Shown here: piece by piece, positions 26,798 through 40,182 of the stretch
How the letters are laid out: the number at the start of each line of letters is the position of its first letter
Numbering within the stretch: the first letter of the stretch is position 1
Source of the DNA: Octopus sinensis
Lineage: Eukaryota
Direction of reading: 5' to 3'
DNA: 64,000 nucleotides
Assembly: GCF_006345805.1 (NCBI RefSeq)
Contig: NC_043005.1
Location: forward strand, 21,576,001-21,640,000
Position numbers and translations under genes: made by a program
The notes under the pieces: model-generated
The model's database searches: none
What the model was told of the DNA's origin: nothing
Seen by the model: only the letters and a program-made list of their open reading frames with translations

Positions 26798-27745
26798 CAG
26801 TAGTTTTATTTTTATAGCGTGCTTTCACTTCACTACCGAGCGCAGCTCTGTGTGCCTTGGGTATGTGCTGTGATTTGTTGTGATGCTCTGATGGTTATTG
26901 TATGGAAAGTGTTCTGCGTAGGATGTGTGCAGTGCCTAGTAGTGCAATTTTCTGTATGTTATTTGTGTTTGTAAGTCCTAGTGTTTTAGTTATGTATTTG
27001 TCTGAATATTTTTTTATCATGCCTAATGCACCTACTATGATAGGAATTGTTTCTGTTTTCAGATTCCACATTCTAGTTACCTCTATTTCCAGGTCTTTGT
27101 ATTTTGAGAGTTTCTCCATTTCTTTTAGAGACACATTGTCATCTGCCGGTATTGATACATCAATTAGAAAGCATTTTTTTTCTTCATGATCTCTGACAAC
27201 TATATCTGGTCTGTTGGCCTTAATTTCTCTATCTGTGTGTATCGGCATATCCCAGAGTATGGTAGCTTTCTCGTTTTCTGTGACCTTTTCTGGTGTGTGC
27301 CTATACCATCTTTTTTCTGTTGTTATTCCATAATGTTGGCATAGCTTCCAATGTATGTAGGTTCCAACTCTGTCATGTCTGTGAATATATTCCTTCTTAG
27401 CCAGGACTGGGCAGCTAGAGATAATATGATTTATTGTTTCTTGTCCATCTCCACATATTCTGCAGTTACTTGTAATATTTCTTTTCATTACATGTTTTTG
27501 GTAATTTCTGGTGGGGAGGCTTTGGTCTTGTGCTGCAATTAAAAATCCCTCTGTTTCTGCTTTGAGTCCTGAGCTTCTCAACCATTGCTGGGATTTTTCT
27601 TTGTCTATTTTTTTTGCGTTTAGTTTAGTGCAGTATTTACCATGAAGGGGCTTTTCTTGCCATCGTTTTATCATGGTTCGTTGCTGTTCTAATTTTAGTT
27701 TGGATTTCATTTGTTTTATAGCTTTTGTTGTTTCTTCATCATCTT
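26798..27745 (-). mobile_element. 5'-truncated R4/Dong-like non-LTR retrotransposon with uninterrupted C-terminal ORF, in (TAA)n
   Basis: 271-aa ORF 26895..27710 with CCHC knuckle (CRICGDGQETINHIISSC), RHD and PD..D-xxK restriction-like endonuclease (RPDIVV...LIDVSIP...KLSKYKDL); (TTA)n on both sides. Confidence 0.9.
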
Positions 27746-27784
27746 CTTCTTCTTCTTCTTCTTCGTGTTTATTAGGTGGTATGA

Positions 27785-27834
<50 letters not shown>

Positions 27835-27840
<6 letters not shown>

Positions 27841-28760
27841 CATCAAGTTGGCGGAATAATTGGCATACCAGGCAAAATGTTCAGTGGCATTTTGTCCGTC
27901 TTTTCATTCTGAGTTCAAATTCCACAGAGGTTGACTTAGCATTTTATCCTTTTGGGATCAATGAAATAAATACCAGTTATGCACTGGGCTAAATGTAATT
28001 AACTATCTCGTCCCTAAATTTCAGGCCTTGTGCCTATAGTAGAAATGATTATTATTATTCAGGTGGCAAGCTGGCTGAATCATTAGCATGCTAGGCAAAA
28101 TGCTTAGCGGCATTTCGTCCATCTTTACATTTTGAGTTCAAATTCCACTGTGGTCAGCTTTGCCTTTCATCCCTTCAGAGTCAATAAAATAAGTACCAGT
28201 TGAGTATTGGGGTCAATGTAATCAACTTTTCTCCTCCCACAAAATTGCTGGCCTTGTACTAAAAGTTTGAAATTTTTATTATTATTATTATATTATTATT
28301 ATTATTATTATTATTCAGGCATCAAGTTGGCGGAATAATTGGCATACCAGGCAAAATGTTCAGTGGCATTTTGTCCGTCTTTTCATTCTGAGTTCAAATT
28401 CCACAGAGGTTGACTTAGCATTTTATCCTTTTGGGATCAATGAAATAAATACCAGTTATGCACTGGGCTAAATGTAATTAACTATCTCGTCCCTAAATTT
28501 CAGGCCTTGTGCCTATAGTAGAAATGATTATTATTATTCAGGTGGCAAGCTGGCTGAATCATTAGCATGCTAGGCAAAATGCTTAGCGGCATTTCGTCCA
28601 TCTTTACATTTTGAGTTCAAATTCCACTGTGGTCAGCTTTGCCTTTCATCCCTTCAGAGTCAATAAAATAAGTACCAGTTGAGTATTGGGGTCAATGTAA
28701 TCAACTTTTCTCCTCCCACAAAATTGCTGGCCTTGTACTAAAAGTTTGAAATTTTTATTA
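27835..28760 (+). repeat. Near-identical 479 bp tandem duplication, each unit with two tRNA-type SINEs separated by (TTA)n
   Basis: catcaagttggcgg at 27841 and 28320; aaagtttgaa at 28262 and 28741; B-box-like gagttcaaattcc in each SINE. Confidence 0.9.
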
Positions 28761-29386
28761 TTATTATTATAAATATTATTATTATCATTATTATTATTAT
28801 TATTATTTTGTAGGTAATAATGTAGAAATATAAGCTACTGAAATTTTGAACAAATATTACAAAACCATCTGGTGCATTGTTTTATAAATGGACAGTATGT
28901 TACAGAATCTAGAAAATTACTTTTCAGCTTAGGACGCACTTCAAAGAATGAATATGTATTCTAGTACATCAGCTTGTCTGAATGTTTCAGTTGTAGGTAA
29001 TCCCTTTGTACATCTGTCTTCTGAAGGCCTGCTTTTCTTTAAGATTGAATGGCTATAGCACATGATATGTTTAGGGGATTGTCAATCCTACAAAATACAC
29101 CATGAGACGAAATGTGTACAAATATATTGTCTACACTGTATGTATGGAGACAAACTTTCAGAAACAAGTTAGAAAAATGTTCTATAACTCTGATTGAGAC
29201 ATCATTTTATTGATCAATTATTTTCTTTTTATTTCGGTCATATGACTGAGGACATGCTGAAGCACTGTTTTCTAGCCAAAGAAATTGACACCTGCACTTA
29301 TTCTTTGTAAGCCTGATCTGAACTCTAAGTTACAGAGACATAATCACACCAACATCAGGGAGACGGACACCAAGACACACATATAA

Positions 29387-29441
<55 letters not shown>

Positions 29442-29442
29442 T

Positions 29443-29489
<47 letters not shown>

Positions 29490-29749
29490 ACAGGCTTCTT
29501 TCAGTTTCTGTCTACCAAATCAACTCACAAGGCTTTGGTCAGCCTGAGGCTAAAGTAGATGCCACGCAGCGGGACTGAACCCAGAATCATGTGGTTGGAA
29601 AGTAAGCTTCTTACCACACAGCCTAGAAAATCATGCACCACATGCTTTTCAATATTTAATACATGTGTGTGATATGCATGTGATATGTATTTGTGATTGG
29701 TTAGTGAATGACTATGAAATATATCTCTTGTGTTTTTCTTCCTTGGCAG

Positions 29750-29983
29750 TTGAGGACAAGCCTGTTGTGATGAAAAAAGTTAGTGTACCAAGAAGTGCTT
29801 CTCTAGGAGAGCTTAAGAATGTGAACTTAAAGGAGTGTAATGAAGCTTGCGATCAGTATTTGCGATGTAACTCTTATCAGTACAATGTGAAAGATAAGTT
29901 ATGTGATCTGAGTGATGCGACTCAGTTGAATAATGAACTTAAACCCAATGATGGAAGCTGGGACTTATTTATAGTTACCCCAG
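29750..29983 (+). CDS. Exon A2: PAN/Apple domain, subtype A (234 nt, phase 1-1)
   Basis: tggcag|TT GAG GAC...ACC CCA G|gttagt; EDKPVVMKKVSVPRSASLGELKNVNLKECNEACDQYLRCNSYQYNVKDKLCDLSDATQLNNELKPNDGSWDLFIVTP. Confidence 0.9.
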
Positions 29984-30158
29984 GTTAGTAGAATGTTTTC
30001 ACCTTATTTATTGTGTGCATGTCCATGTATTTATAGATAAATACGTGTGTGCGTTCAGAAAATAGATGTTAAAAGATGATGATGCTGATAATGATGATAT
30101 ATATATATATATATATAATATATATATATATATTTATATATATATATATATATATACA

Positions 30159-30199
<41 letters not shown>

Positions 30200-30202
<3 letters not shown>

Positions 30203-31452
30203 ACTACAGAGGTATCAAACTGCTGGATCAGGTAATGAAAGTCACAGAGAGGGTCATAGCCCATCTCATCAGGAGAGAGTCTGTTTAGATGAGATGTAGT
30301 TCGGTTTTGTGCTGGGTAGAAGCACCACTGATGCCATATTCATGGTTCGACAACTGCAGGAGAAATACCTAGCCAAAGATAAACCCCTATACTTAGCTTT
30401 TGTGGACTTTGAGAAAGCCTTTGACTCGGTCCCCCGATCCCTTATCTAGTGGGCGATGCAGAAACTGGAGATTGACGAATGGTTAATAAGGGCTGTACAG
30501 GCCTTTTACAGGGAGGCTGTTCGTAAGGTTAGGATTGGCAATGAGTACAGTGAAGAATTCCGGGTAGAAGTTGGTGTCCACCAAGGCTCAGCCCTCAGTC
30601 CCCTTCTGTTCATCATAGTCCTCCAGGCAATAACAGAGGAATTTAAGATGGGTTGTCCCTGGGAGCTCCTCTATGCTGATGACCTAGCCCTCGTAGCAGA
30701 ATAACTACTGGAACTAGAGAACAAATTTCATGTGTGGAAGCTAGGTTTAGAATCAAAAGGCCTTAGATTTAATGTAGCTAAGACCAAAGTTCTAGTAAGT
30801 AGGAAGGCAAACTCACCACACACAGGATGGCCTGCTGCGCTTGAGGAGACCTATTGTGTCAAGTTCATCAACATCAAAATAAAAATCGTATGCATATTGT
30901 AGTTGTGATACCCGTGCTGGTGGCACGTAGGGCCTCAAAGAGGAAATGACGAAGACCAAGACCCCTGAGATATGCTGTCACTGTGAAGACCTGACAAATT
31001 AAGTGAGTTCATGGCTTGCAGGGCGGCCTGCTGTGCTAACCTTGGGATCGTAGAGTGACCTGCTGTTCTTGAGGAGACCTATTGAGTCAAGTACGTCAAC
31101 ATCAAAATAAAAATCAAATGGAAATTGTAGTTAAGACACCCAAGCCGGTGACACATAAAAAGCACCATCTGAATGTGGCAGATGCCAGTGCCACCTGACT
31201 GGCCTCCATGTCTGTGACACGTAAAAGCACCAACTGATTGTGGCTGTTTGCTAGCCTGCTCTGGCCCCTGTGCCGGTGGCACGTAAAAAACACCCACTAC
31301 ACTCATGGAGTGGTCGGTGTTAGGAAGGGCATCCAGCTGTAGAAACACTGCCAAATCAGACTAGAGCCTGGTGCAGTCTCCATGGCTTACCAGACTCTGG
31401 TCAAACCGTCCAACCCATGCTAGCATGGAAAACAAGTGTTAAACGATGATGA

Positions 31453-31456
<4 letters not shown>
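30200..31456 (+). mobile_element. RTE-clade LINE, internally deleted, RT core + 3' UTR + (GAT)n tail
   Basis: ORF 30456..30704 contains GVHQGSALSPLLF and LLYADDL; ends catgctagcatggaaaacaagtgttaaacgatgatgatg. Confidence 0.85.
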
Positions 31457-31489
<33 letters not shown>

Positions 31490-31490
31490 A

Positions 31491-31727
31491 TAGTGTACAT
31501 TTAAATTAAACACAAGAGAAAACTGCCCTCAACAGACAGTTTTCACATGCTAGAAGAAGTTGTCAAAATGACCAGAACCACATTTAAGAGCAATCTTCAA
31601 AAGGAATGAAAAATAAAAACTTTTAAAGATTGCTCTTAAATGTGGTTTTAGTCATTTTGACCACTTCTTCTAGAGTGAAAGAATTGCCTGTTGAGGGCAG
31701 TTTTCTCTTGTGCTTAAATGTACACTA
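31491..31727. mobile_element. Palindromic MITE-like element (~110 bp arms)
   Basis: tagtgtacatttaa...aagagcaatctt mirrored by aagattgctctt...ttaaatgtacacta; partial relative at 3752-3880. Confidence 0.85.
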
Positions 31728-31860
31728 TTTCATATTTGAGAATATGTTGTCTATTGACTTTTTATACATGCTAGTCCACTGGTGGTGAATTTTCAAAAAA
31801 TAACTCACTACCCTATATATATATTTTATATATATATATATATCATAATCATCATCATCA

Positions 31861-31935
31861 TCATTAACCCAGGTCAGTACTGTGTTTTGATATTATTTAG
31901 TGTGTGCATATCTGTGTGTATGTGTATATACATAT
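31861..31935 (+). pseudogene. Orphan 3' end and donor site of a lost PAN A/C exon
   Basis: tcattaacccaggtcagta (19 nt) is identical to the C1 exon end/donor 11739-11757; the following sequence resembles post-A/C introns. Confidence 0.55.
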
Positions 31936-31984
31936 ATGTGTGTGTGTGCGGAAAACAGGCATTAAAAGATGATGATGCTATATA

Positions 31985-32783
31985 TGAGATCTGATCAATA
32001 AGTATCCGGACTGGTGCTATAAAATCAAAACTATAATAGGTACCAATTTCAAATTTGATCACCTTTAAAGTACTCTCCTTTGGAGGCCACACACTTAATC
32101 CAGCATTGTTTCCATTGATGGAACTCCTTTTCTCTGTTAATCAGCAGTTGCCTCATCACATTCAAATGGATTTCCTCAACATTTGAATTCTTACTTTCAA
32201 GCAAGATTTGATTTTTGTAAAGTGGGAAAAGTTGAAAGGGGCAATATCTGGGAAATATGGTGGCTGTCAGACCTGGGGAATGCTGTGCCTAGCTAAAAAC
32301 TGCTGCACAAGCTGCGCTGAATGGGCAGGTGCATTGTCAGCTGGAAGCAGTTTTGGCACAGACTTGGCAGACATGTGTCTCACACTTAAATCTTCATTGA
32401 TAATGGACTGAACTCAACTGTAACTAATCTGCACACCCTCTAGTAACTCACAGATGGTGATTTGATGATTTACCTTCACAGCTGCATGCACATCTATGAT
32501 GTTTTGCTCAGTTCTGTTGGTTGCAACTTATCATAGGACTCTGAGCTAACCTCACCAAGATTTTGGCAAAATTTGATGTAGATTCATGATCAATGCAATG
32601 ATCATACGCTACACACGCTCCTTCCAGACACTGCTGTAAACAGCATAAGTTAGCTAGGATGTTACAACTTAGTGCACATTCACAGCAGACTCCACAGTCA
32701 ATCTGTGCCAAGTGGTTTCACTCTGCAGGCTTTCACTTCATCACTATGGCAACTGTCCAGATACTTATTGATCAAACCACTTA
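31985..32783 (-). mobile_element. Internally deleted mariner
   Basis: TIRs tgagatctgatcaataagtatccggact / ccagatacttattgatcaaacc; minus strand WIKCVASKGEYFKGD C-terminus. Confidence 0.8.
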
Positions 32784-32785
32784 TA

Positions 32786-32827
<42 letters not shown>

Positions 32828-32828
<1 letters not shown>

Positions 32829-34105
32829 GAGGTGCGTTCATTAACGATTTCCCCTGACTCACTTCCAGTTAGAGCAGGAAACGAAACTTGCACAGGTATA
32901 ATCATACATATCTCTACATGTCACATTGTAAACTGCAGCTTTCCACTAGTATTCATTTCTCTTTTGCAGTTGCTAAAGTGGGCTAAGGTGTGTTAAGAGA
33001 GGCAGTTGAATGCCGATCAGTGATCAGGTTCTTATATTTGAAAGGTTGTACACCAAAAGAGACTTTCGAAACAAGTTTATGGTGACGATGCACCATCATA
33101 CGATATAGTCAAGCACTAGCATCACCGGTTCAAATGTGGTCAGACACTGGTGGAAACTGCTTCAATTCCTGGATGACCACATTCTGCCATTGGTGGCAAC
33201 ATCATCCATAAAGTGGGAGCTGCAATTTTGGAAGATCGCCACACAACTATTTGGCAACTAGCCTAAGAAGTGAAGATAAGTATAGGAATCATGGAAGAAG
33301 TCATTCACAACCATTTGCACATGCAGAAGTTGTCTACACAATGGATTCTCCAGATGCTCACATCTTTTCAGAAGCAGGAATGAGTCAATTGCTCCCAGGC
33401 TCTTTTGGCAATGTGCCAAGAAAACGAGAACTTTTTTGGCAGACTTATCACTCAAGATAAAACATGGGTCCATCACTATGATCCTGAGACTAAAGTACAG
33501 TCGAAGCAATAGAAGCATGATAACTCACCACCACCAAAGAAGGCTTGTGAACAACCCTCAACAGGCAAGGTGATGCTCACAGTCTTTTGGGACTAGTGTG
33601 GAGTAGTGATGATGGGTTTTCTGGTGAAGGGAACTGCAATTAACAGGGCATATTATGCTTCTCTTCTGCAGAAATTGTGGGACGCTATCAAAGCAGAGAA
33701 TCATGGCATGCTGACCAAAGGAGTCTGCCACCTCCAAGACAGCACCCCAGTTCTCTATGCACATATTGCCCAGATGAAAGCACGCTCCTGCTACTATGAA
33801 ATCCTTCTTCATCCCCCTTACTCTCCCGACCTCACACCATCTAACTTCCACTTCTTTCCAACCATGAAGTCTTTTTTGAAGGGGTAGCACTCTTTGGATG
33901 TTGATGAACTGAGGTAAAGTCTTGGCTCCAGATGCAAACTGCTAACTCCAACAGATGAGGTCTTCACAGCTGCATATACTGATGGGAGAAGTGTGTCACC
34001 AGTCACGTGGAGGATATGTAGAGAAGGACTAATAATTATGCCCAGTTTCACTTATCCCCGTCCTTGAGAAGTGGGTCAGGGGAAATCTTTAATGAACACC
34101 CATCA
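32828..34105 (+). mobile_element. Full-length decayed mariner (SETMAR/mos1-like) with ~40 bp TIRs
   Basis: TA|tgaggtgcgttcattaacgatttcccctgac ... gtcaggggaaatctttaatgaacacccatca|TA; ITQDKTWVHHYDPETK and HPPYSPDLTPSNFHFF. Confidence 0.9.
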
Positions 34106-34129
34106 TATGCATGTATATATATAGGTATG

Positions 34130-34160
<31 letters not shown>

Positions 34161-34309
34161 GACAAACATGGTCGATGGCAGCCCTCTCGCCCCAACTGGC
34201 TCCTGTGCCAGTGACATGTAAAAAGCACTGTCCAAACATGGCTGATGCCAGCACTGCCTTGACTGGCTTCCATGCTAGTGCCATGTAAAAGCACCATCCA
34301 AATCTGGTT

Positions 34310-35230
34310 GGCCATTAGTAATCGTCAAGATTCGAGACTGCCAAATCTTGTTGAAACTTTGCTCATGATTTGCTTCATGAGAGCTGAGTTGTGTTTTCTT
34401 CAGATGCCATGAGGGCTCAAGTTGATACCTAACACTTAACTGCTTAACTAGAGAAAAAGAGTGTGAATCCCGAGGACACTTGAGAGGATGTTCTACCTGG
34501 AAGTCTGCTCACCTGCAAACTTGTTGGTTGAGAAAAAAAGAGATGTTCACGTTAAGATTGCATGTCCCAACTGTGGTTCACTCATGAAAGGGAACTGATA
34601 AATTAGTGTAAAGGCTTCAAATCCTAGGGCTCACTACAATGTAAACAAATTTGAAGAATTTTACTGCCATGTTCTGGAGTGTGTTGCTGAGAACCAGAAG
34701 TTGTTTTCAGAACTTTAACAGAATTTTGTATGAAGTTACTGTCTTCACAAAGCAAAGATTTAAAACACCATTGCTTTAAAATTTTGAGTTCAGATTTATT
34801 GATTGTTGAATCTAAAACTTTTTCATGCTTATCACAAGAATTTTGGATGTCTATAAAAACATATTGGATTTAGATGGATTGAAATGCAAGCTAAAATTAG
34901 GTTATGCTTCACATTTTGCAAAGCAAGTGTCAAACCTCCAAGAAATCACAGGCATAATATGAGGGCTTGAACTAAATCAAGTTCTGGACAAAGTAACAAA
35001 ATTATTTTGTCTCTTTCTGCTAGATCTGCTTCCTGTGAGAAACCACTTTCTTCATTAAAGCAAGTAAATAATTATATGACGTGTTCTCAAAGTGAAGAGA
35101 GATTCAGTAATTTGGTCTTCATTTCCATGAATAAAAAAACCTCTGAAGATGAAAGTAGAGTGTGATGCTGATACATTTTAAACCAAAGTGATCAATGAAT
35201 TTGTCAATAAGAAATAAAGAAGTGAACTGA
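34310..35230 (+). mobile_element. Decayed hAT transposase C-terminal fragment
   Basis: SASCEKPLSSLKQVNNYMTCSQSEERFSNLVFISMN near 35020-35130 resembles the hAT dimerisation motif (SAERSFS-LK...ERLS-L). Confidence 0.6.
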
Positions 35231-35544
35231 TTTACCAATAAATTTTAAATAGCTCATTCTTTTTAGGTTCTCTTGTTTTCTCAGATTTCTCTTTTAAACA
35301 ATAACAGTCATCATGGCAATCCCTTTACCAGGGTATTGTTAATTGGGAAACATCAAATCTAGTGGAGAGGATATCAACCTTGAAGTGTACCCTGTTAGTA
35401 GAAGTGCATTTTCACACATTAAAATTTGTTTATAAAACATTCAGCCTTTGGTAAGGAGGACAGTAATATACCCCTGACCTTCTTTTCAACTAGCCTGCAT
35501 CGTGAACTGCATGCTCTGGTTTCCAAGTCACCCTTTATCACTGA

Positions 35545-35579
<35 letters not shown>

Positions 35580-35703
35580 AAATGATTCAGTTTTTTTTTT
35601 TTTAGTCAATAACTTTTATTCTGAATTTGTTGCTATCTCCTCATTCTCCCCTTCCTTCTGTCATAAACTCAAAATTGATATGAATTTCTCTCATCACTTC
35701 CAG

Positions 35704-35871
35704 TTGTCACAAAAGTTAACTGTGGAGCACCAGAAGATGTTGCTGGTGCATCTAAATCCTATGATACTACTACCTATAAATCTGAAGTGATCTATACTTG
35801 TCGAGATGGAGAAGAATTAAAGGCAACATGTAAAGAGAATGAGAAATGGGCTCCAGCAGTGTCTTGTAAAG
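35704..35871 (+). CDS. Exon S3: short Sushi/CCP domain (168 nt, phase 1-1)
   Basis: ttccag|TT GTC ACA...TGT AAA G|gtaatg; VTKVNCGAPEDVAGASKSYDTTTYKSEVIYTCRDGEELKATCKENEKWAPAVSCK; a one-codon deletion keeps the frame. Confidence 0.88.
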
Positions 35872-38666
35872 GTAATGTAAATAGGTTCTCTCTTTTTGAC
35901 TCTGTCTTGGTAATTTTGTTTTAGCCTTGTGTTCAAAGTTTGTCAGAGAAAGTCTGATTGTGTCCATGAAAATTTCCATTGTTTGTGACTGGTAGGAGGG
36001 TCAGAGCTGGCTATCCTCAGACAAGAGATGTTCCTAAATGCTTGCAACACAGTGGGCTTCATTAAAGATATTGAAAAGCCAAGTAACAGTATTAATTTGG
36101 TTGATGGATTAAGTCTGCCAAACAAGAGCAGGATATGAGGAAGTGTGTGCTCTCCAGTAGTTTTCTGCATAGTTCCCTTCCACCAAATTTCATTCAAAAT
36201 CTTTACTAATGAAGCAGATTTTTGACCATGTAGCCATAAGTCCAGACAGTACCACATTCTTGTTAAGTAAACTTATTACTTCCACAGCTCTACCTCAGCT
36301 AACCTAGGTCATTTTTCTCTTAAATTCTGCCCTCAGGTTTTTCCCACATATTTTGTTTCATCCTCTGGAACTCTATACAGTACAATTCATTGAATTCTTC
36401 TTTACTAGAATTCTGCAATCATCCAAAACTTTTGTTGCACTAATGGTCATCCATTCCACCAGCTTTCAGCAGGAAGATTTTAGGCAGTATTATTAGCTCC
36501 AAAACTTGACTCCATTTTGTGTTGTTGACTCCCCTACCCTTACCTGGCTGCATTTGAACTGAAAGCATGAAGAGCCTGAATGCATACCATAAAGCATTTC
36601 TTTCAGTTTTCTAATTGGTATTCAGGTTCAGATTTCAAAAGAAAAATTAGAATGATGTTGCAATTCTCTTGAATGTTGATAGATCTTTATCTAAAAGTAA
36701 TTGGAAAACCCCACCATCAAAGACCACCATGAACTCCAAGGACAAGTGTCCTCTCCATTTAATATTCTTTCACAAACAGGTTTTATGCACCATGGGACCC
36801 ATCCACTCTCACATCACTTTCAATAATTTTCCTTGAGAATATCTTCCTCTCCATCTTTATCTTCTTTACAAGTGAAACTTTAAAATATAGATTAGGGATT
36901 GACTAAAGAGGAAAGTCCCTATTGTCAGACCTTTCAAACCTCATCCATCAAACAACCTCTTTTGCTATAGCTAGCATTCAGAGGAAAACGATCATCTCTG
37001 CTCAGTTAAAGGAAGATGTGATGAGGTCATAATGATGGACTAGAATAACAGCTGGATCTGTCTACACACAACACCTGCTGTTTGACATAAATCAACAAGT
37101 TTATAATAACTGGACACTGAACAAGTGCATGTAAAATTAATTTGTTCCACTATGAACATGTTGCACAGCACTCTCTGTTAGAACTTTTATGAGTACACTT
37201 TATCTTGGTTTCATATAGTTATTTGATAACACTGCCAAGGATTCCAAGAAGTTGCTCATAGTATTCTATGGCCAAATTTTCTTTGAAACAAATTTGTCTC
37301 CTCATTCACATCAAACTCCAGAATATCCCTAAGAATATCGATGATTTTCCCCTCAATTAGTCTTCTATAGATTACAAGCATGTAATGCCCATTAACGACA
37401 TTGCCCAAGTCAAGCTTGATCTGGTATACTTAGGATTACATTAGGTAATTTGACCTTCCCATTTTTAAAATTGTGGCATGTGATTGAGAGAGATTTTGTT
37501 AATATATCTGACATGCTGGGCATACATATAGCAAGCTGCCCCAGTGGCTGGCCAACAGTAAATGTGAACTTAATATTGTCAGCTAACAGATTAGACACAG
37601 TTGATCCTATATCATTATATTATGTCTGATTAAATACAACCACCTGGTCCTTCAGATGCTTACTGTGTTGTTGGTGGACAGTATTTGGTCCAGTGTATTA
37701 ACATTGGACCATTACATTAATAAACAGGCACATTGACCTACAGTTGCTCTTGCTGGACATGGACCACAGGTTACCATAGAATTCATGACATAGCTGTTTC
37801 TCTCACAACTAGCTTATAAGAAAATATAAATACTACCATTACAATGTAATCAATTATGGATGCATTATTTAAGTACATTCCCAAAAGTATTTAGAAAAAG
37901 CGATGAGTTAATGTCTTTCTGAAGGTCACTAATTGTCTATGTAAAGTGAACTCACTTAAACTGAGAATCAAATCATTGACTCACACCGTTCAATCCAAAT
38001 TTGTAGTAGTGGAAAATACTCAGGGTCACTTTCTGCATAAAAAACAAATAGGAAAATGGCTACTTATTGAACCAAGTTGTGATGACTAATTAAAATTACA
38101 CCCTCAGCAGCTGGTAAAATCATTATGCTAATCACTTATTCTGGTCATTAAATTCAGAAGAGAAAACCTCTTAAAGATAATCACTTTTCATCTCACTAAA
38201 AGGGTAATGTTGATGAAATAAAATTTCCTAGCTTGTTACATGAGGTTGTGAGTGTCCACAAATCCCATCTAGATGTACTACACCTTTCATACTCCTCTCA
38301 CTTATGAAACAAGCATTAGTCAAGTACAGAGTTTTACTCATTTTAGTGTACCCTCACTGCAGAATGTGTTATGAATATTGGTAACATCAACAATAATTAT
38401 AAATATTCATGTTGGTGATGGATTGAGAGAATCATCAGAACATCAGATGAAATGTGTTGTGGTACTTGTTCTGGCTCTTTGACATTTGAGTTCAGATTTG
38501 GCTGATATCAACTTTGCTTTTCCAGAGACAATAAATTAAAATACCAATCAAGTATAGGGGCCAATTTAATCAATCAGCCTCAAATTTTTGTCCATTTTTC
38601 TACATTAGAAATTATTGATGTTGATTTTGTTTATTTTTTTTTGTTTCAATCTTACTTTAATTCTAG

Positions 38667-38906
38667 CTACCATGATCAGTTTTGTGAAAGTAAAAGGTGC
38701 AATTCTGGATGTACCTGGGAAAACATTGTGGAGTAAGAAAAATGTATCAGCAGAAGCCTGTGCAGAAAAATGTTTGTCTGAAAAAACTTGTTTATCATTT
38801 GAAATAACAAAGAGAAGTCGAAAATGTTATTTATCAAATGTGGCTGCAGCTTCCGTCAAGAAAATGAAAGCAGCCAAAGACAGAGATTACTATCAACAAG
38901 TAAAAT
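38667..38906 (+). CDS. Exon B3: Lys-rich PAN/Apple domain, subtype B (240 nt, phase 1-1)
   Basis: ttctag|CT ACC ATG...GTA AAA T|gtaatt; TMISFVKVKGAILDVPGKTLWSKKNVSAEACAEKCLSEKTCLSFEITKRSRKCYLSNVAAASVKKMKAAKDRDYYQQVK. Confidence 0.9.
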
Positions 38907-40182
38907 GTAATTATTTTTTGCGTTTCTCTTTTCCTCACTTTCTGAAATTTGTGATTCCATTTGTGCTTCATAGTTTATAGAAAACCATTTCTGTAAAGAC
39001 ATTGACAGATTTATCTATAGGGACAGACATAAACACATTCCTGAAATAAGAAATTTTAGGAACTATAATTACTGTTAGGGAATCCTCACAATACATTTAT
39101 TTAGCTTGAACACTTTCCTGTATTATCTTTTCAATTGGTTCTTTTATGTGTGTAAGAAAGGAAACACTTGTCATTTTCCTTAAACATGAATAGTAGTTGT
39201 AGTGGTGGTGGTGGTGGTGGTGGTTGTGGTTTCAAATTTTAGCACAAGGCTAGCATATTTGAGGGAAGTTTTAGTTTAAACCACCATCCCCAGTTCTTCA
39301 CTGGCATTATGTTGTATCTTCCCTGGAAGGATGAAAGGCAGTTATCCCTGGCAGAATTTGAATTTGAAATGTATTGAGTTGGAAGATATATAGCAAGTTA
39401 GCATGGCATTTTCCTCATCATTTGTTATTCTCATCCATAATATGATATATAAAATAACAAAAAAATGTAATGCTAATCTATTTAGTTGTGTTTTCCTGAT
39501 ATGTTTGCAACATTTTTATGGTTGGATGCCCTTATCACCAATTGTTTTACCAAACCTCTGCCTTATTTAATACTGACAAATGAACAGGTTGTGGTTTCAA
39601 AGTGACAAAAATATTTTGACACAAATTAAATTCAAATGTTGGAGTGAAACTAGCAGTTTTTGAGTGTTCTTAAATGGCTAACAAACATCTTCCATGCTGA
39701 AATTGTTTTTGCTTCAGCACATGATCTCAGATCAAGTCACTTTCTATGCAAGTACATCTCCATAATAGTATATATATGTACATGCATGGACACATACACA
39801 CATATTTGTATATTATATATGTGTATATTATATATATATTATATATGTGTGTGTACACACACATATATGTATGTATATATGTCCAATTAGCATCTATCAA
39901 ATCCACTCACAAGGCTTTGGTCAGCATGGGAGTATAGTAGAACTTGCTCAGGTGGGCCACAAAGTAGGGCTAAAACTGGATGACATTTAATTATTAGTAA
40001 ATTACTTTCCTCAAAAGACTTAATTTTTTTTTTATATATTTCTTCCAAATCCTGCATGGCAGATAAAATCGCAAACTAAGGAACAAATAGATATGCAGTT
40101 ATTTCCCACATATATGGGAAATATATATGCAGTCGTTTTTCCAATATATGGGAAAGAGATATGAAGTCATTTTTCCCATATA

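Noticed and set aside
38618-38980. B3 read as a single-exon gene: MLILFIFFCFNLTLILA signal-like peptide + PAN + hydrophobic tail
   Set aside because: The apparent signal peptide is the translated polypyrimidine tract; B1, B2 and B4 have no upstream in-frame ATG (the ORF track used TTG/GTG).
40090-40182. Three ~30 bp imperfect tandem units with internal ttccc...gggaa symmetry next to a mariner TIR
   Set aside because: Too short and degenerate to assign a function; likely local slippage.
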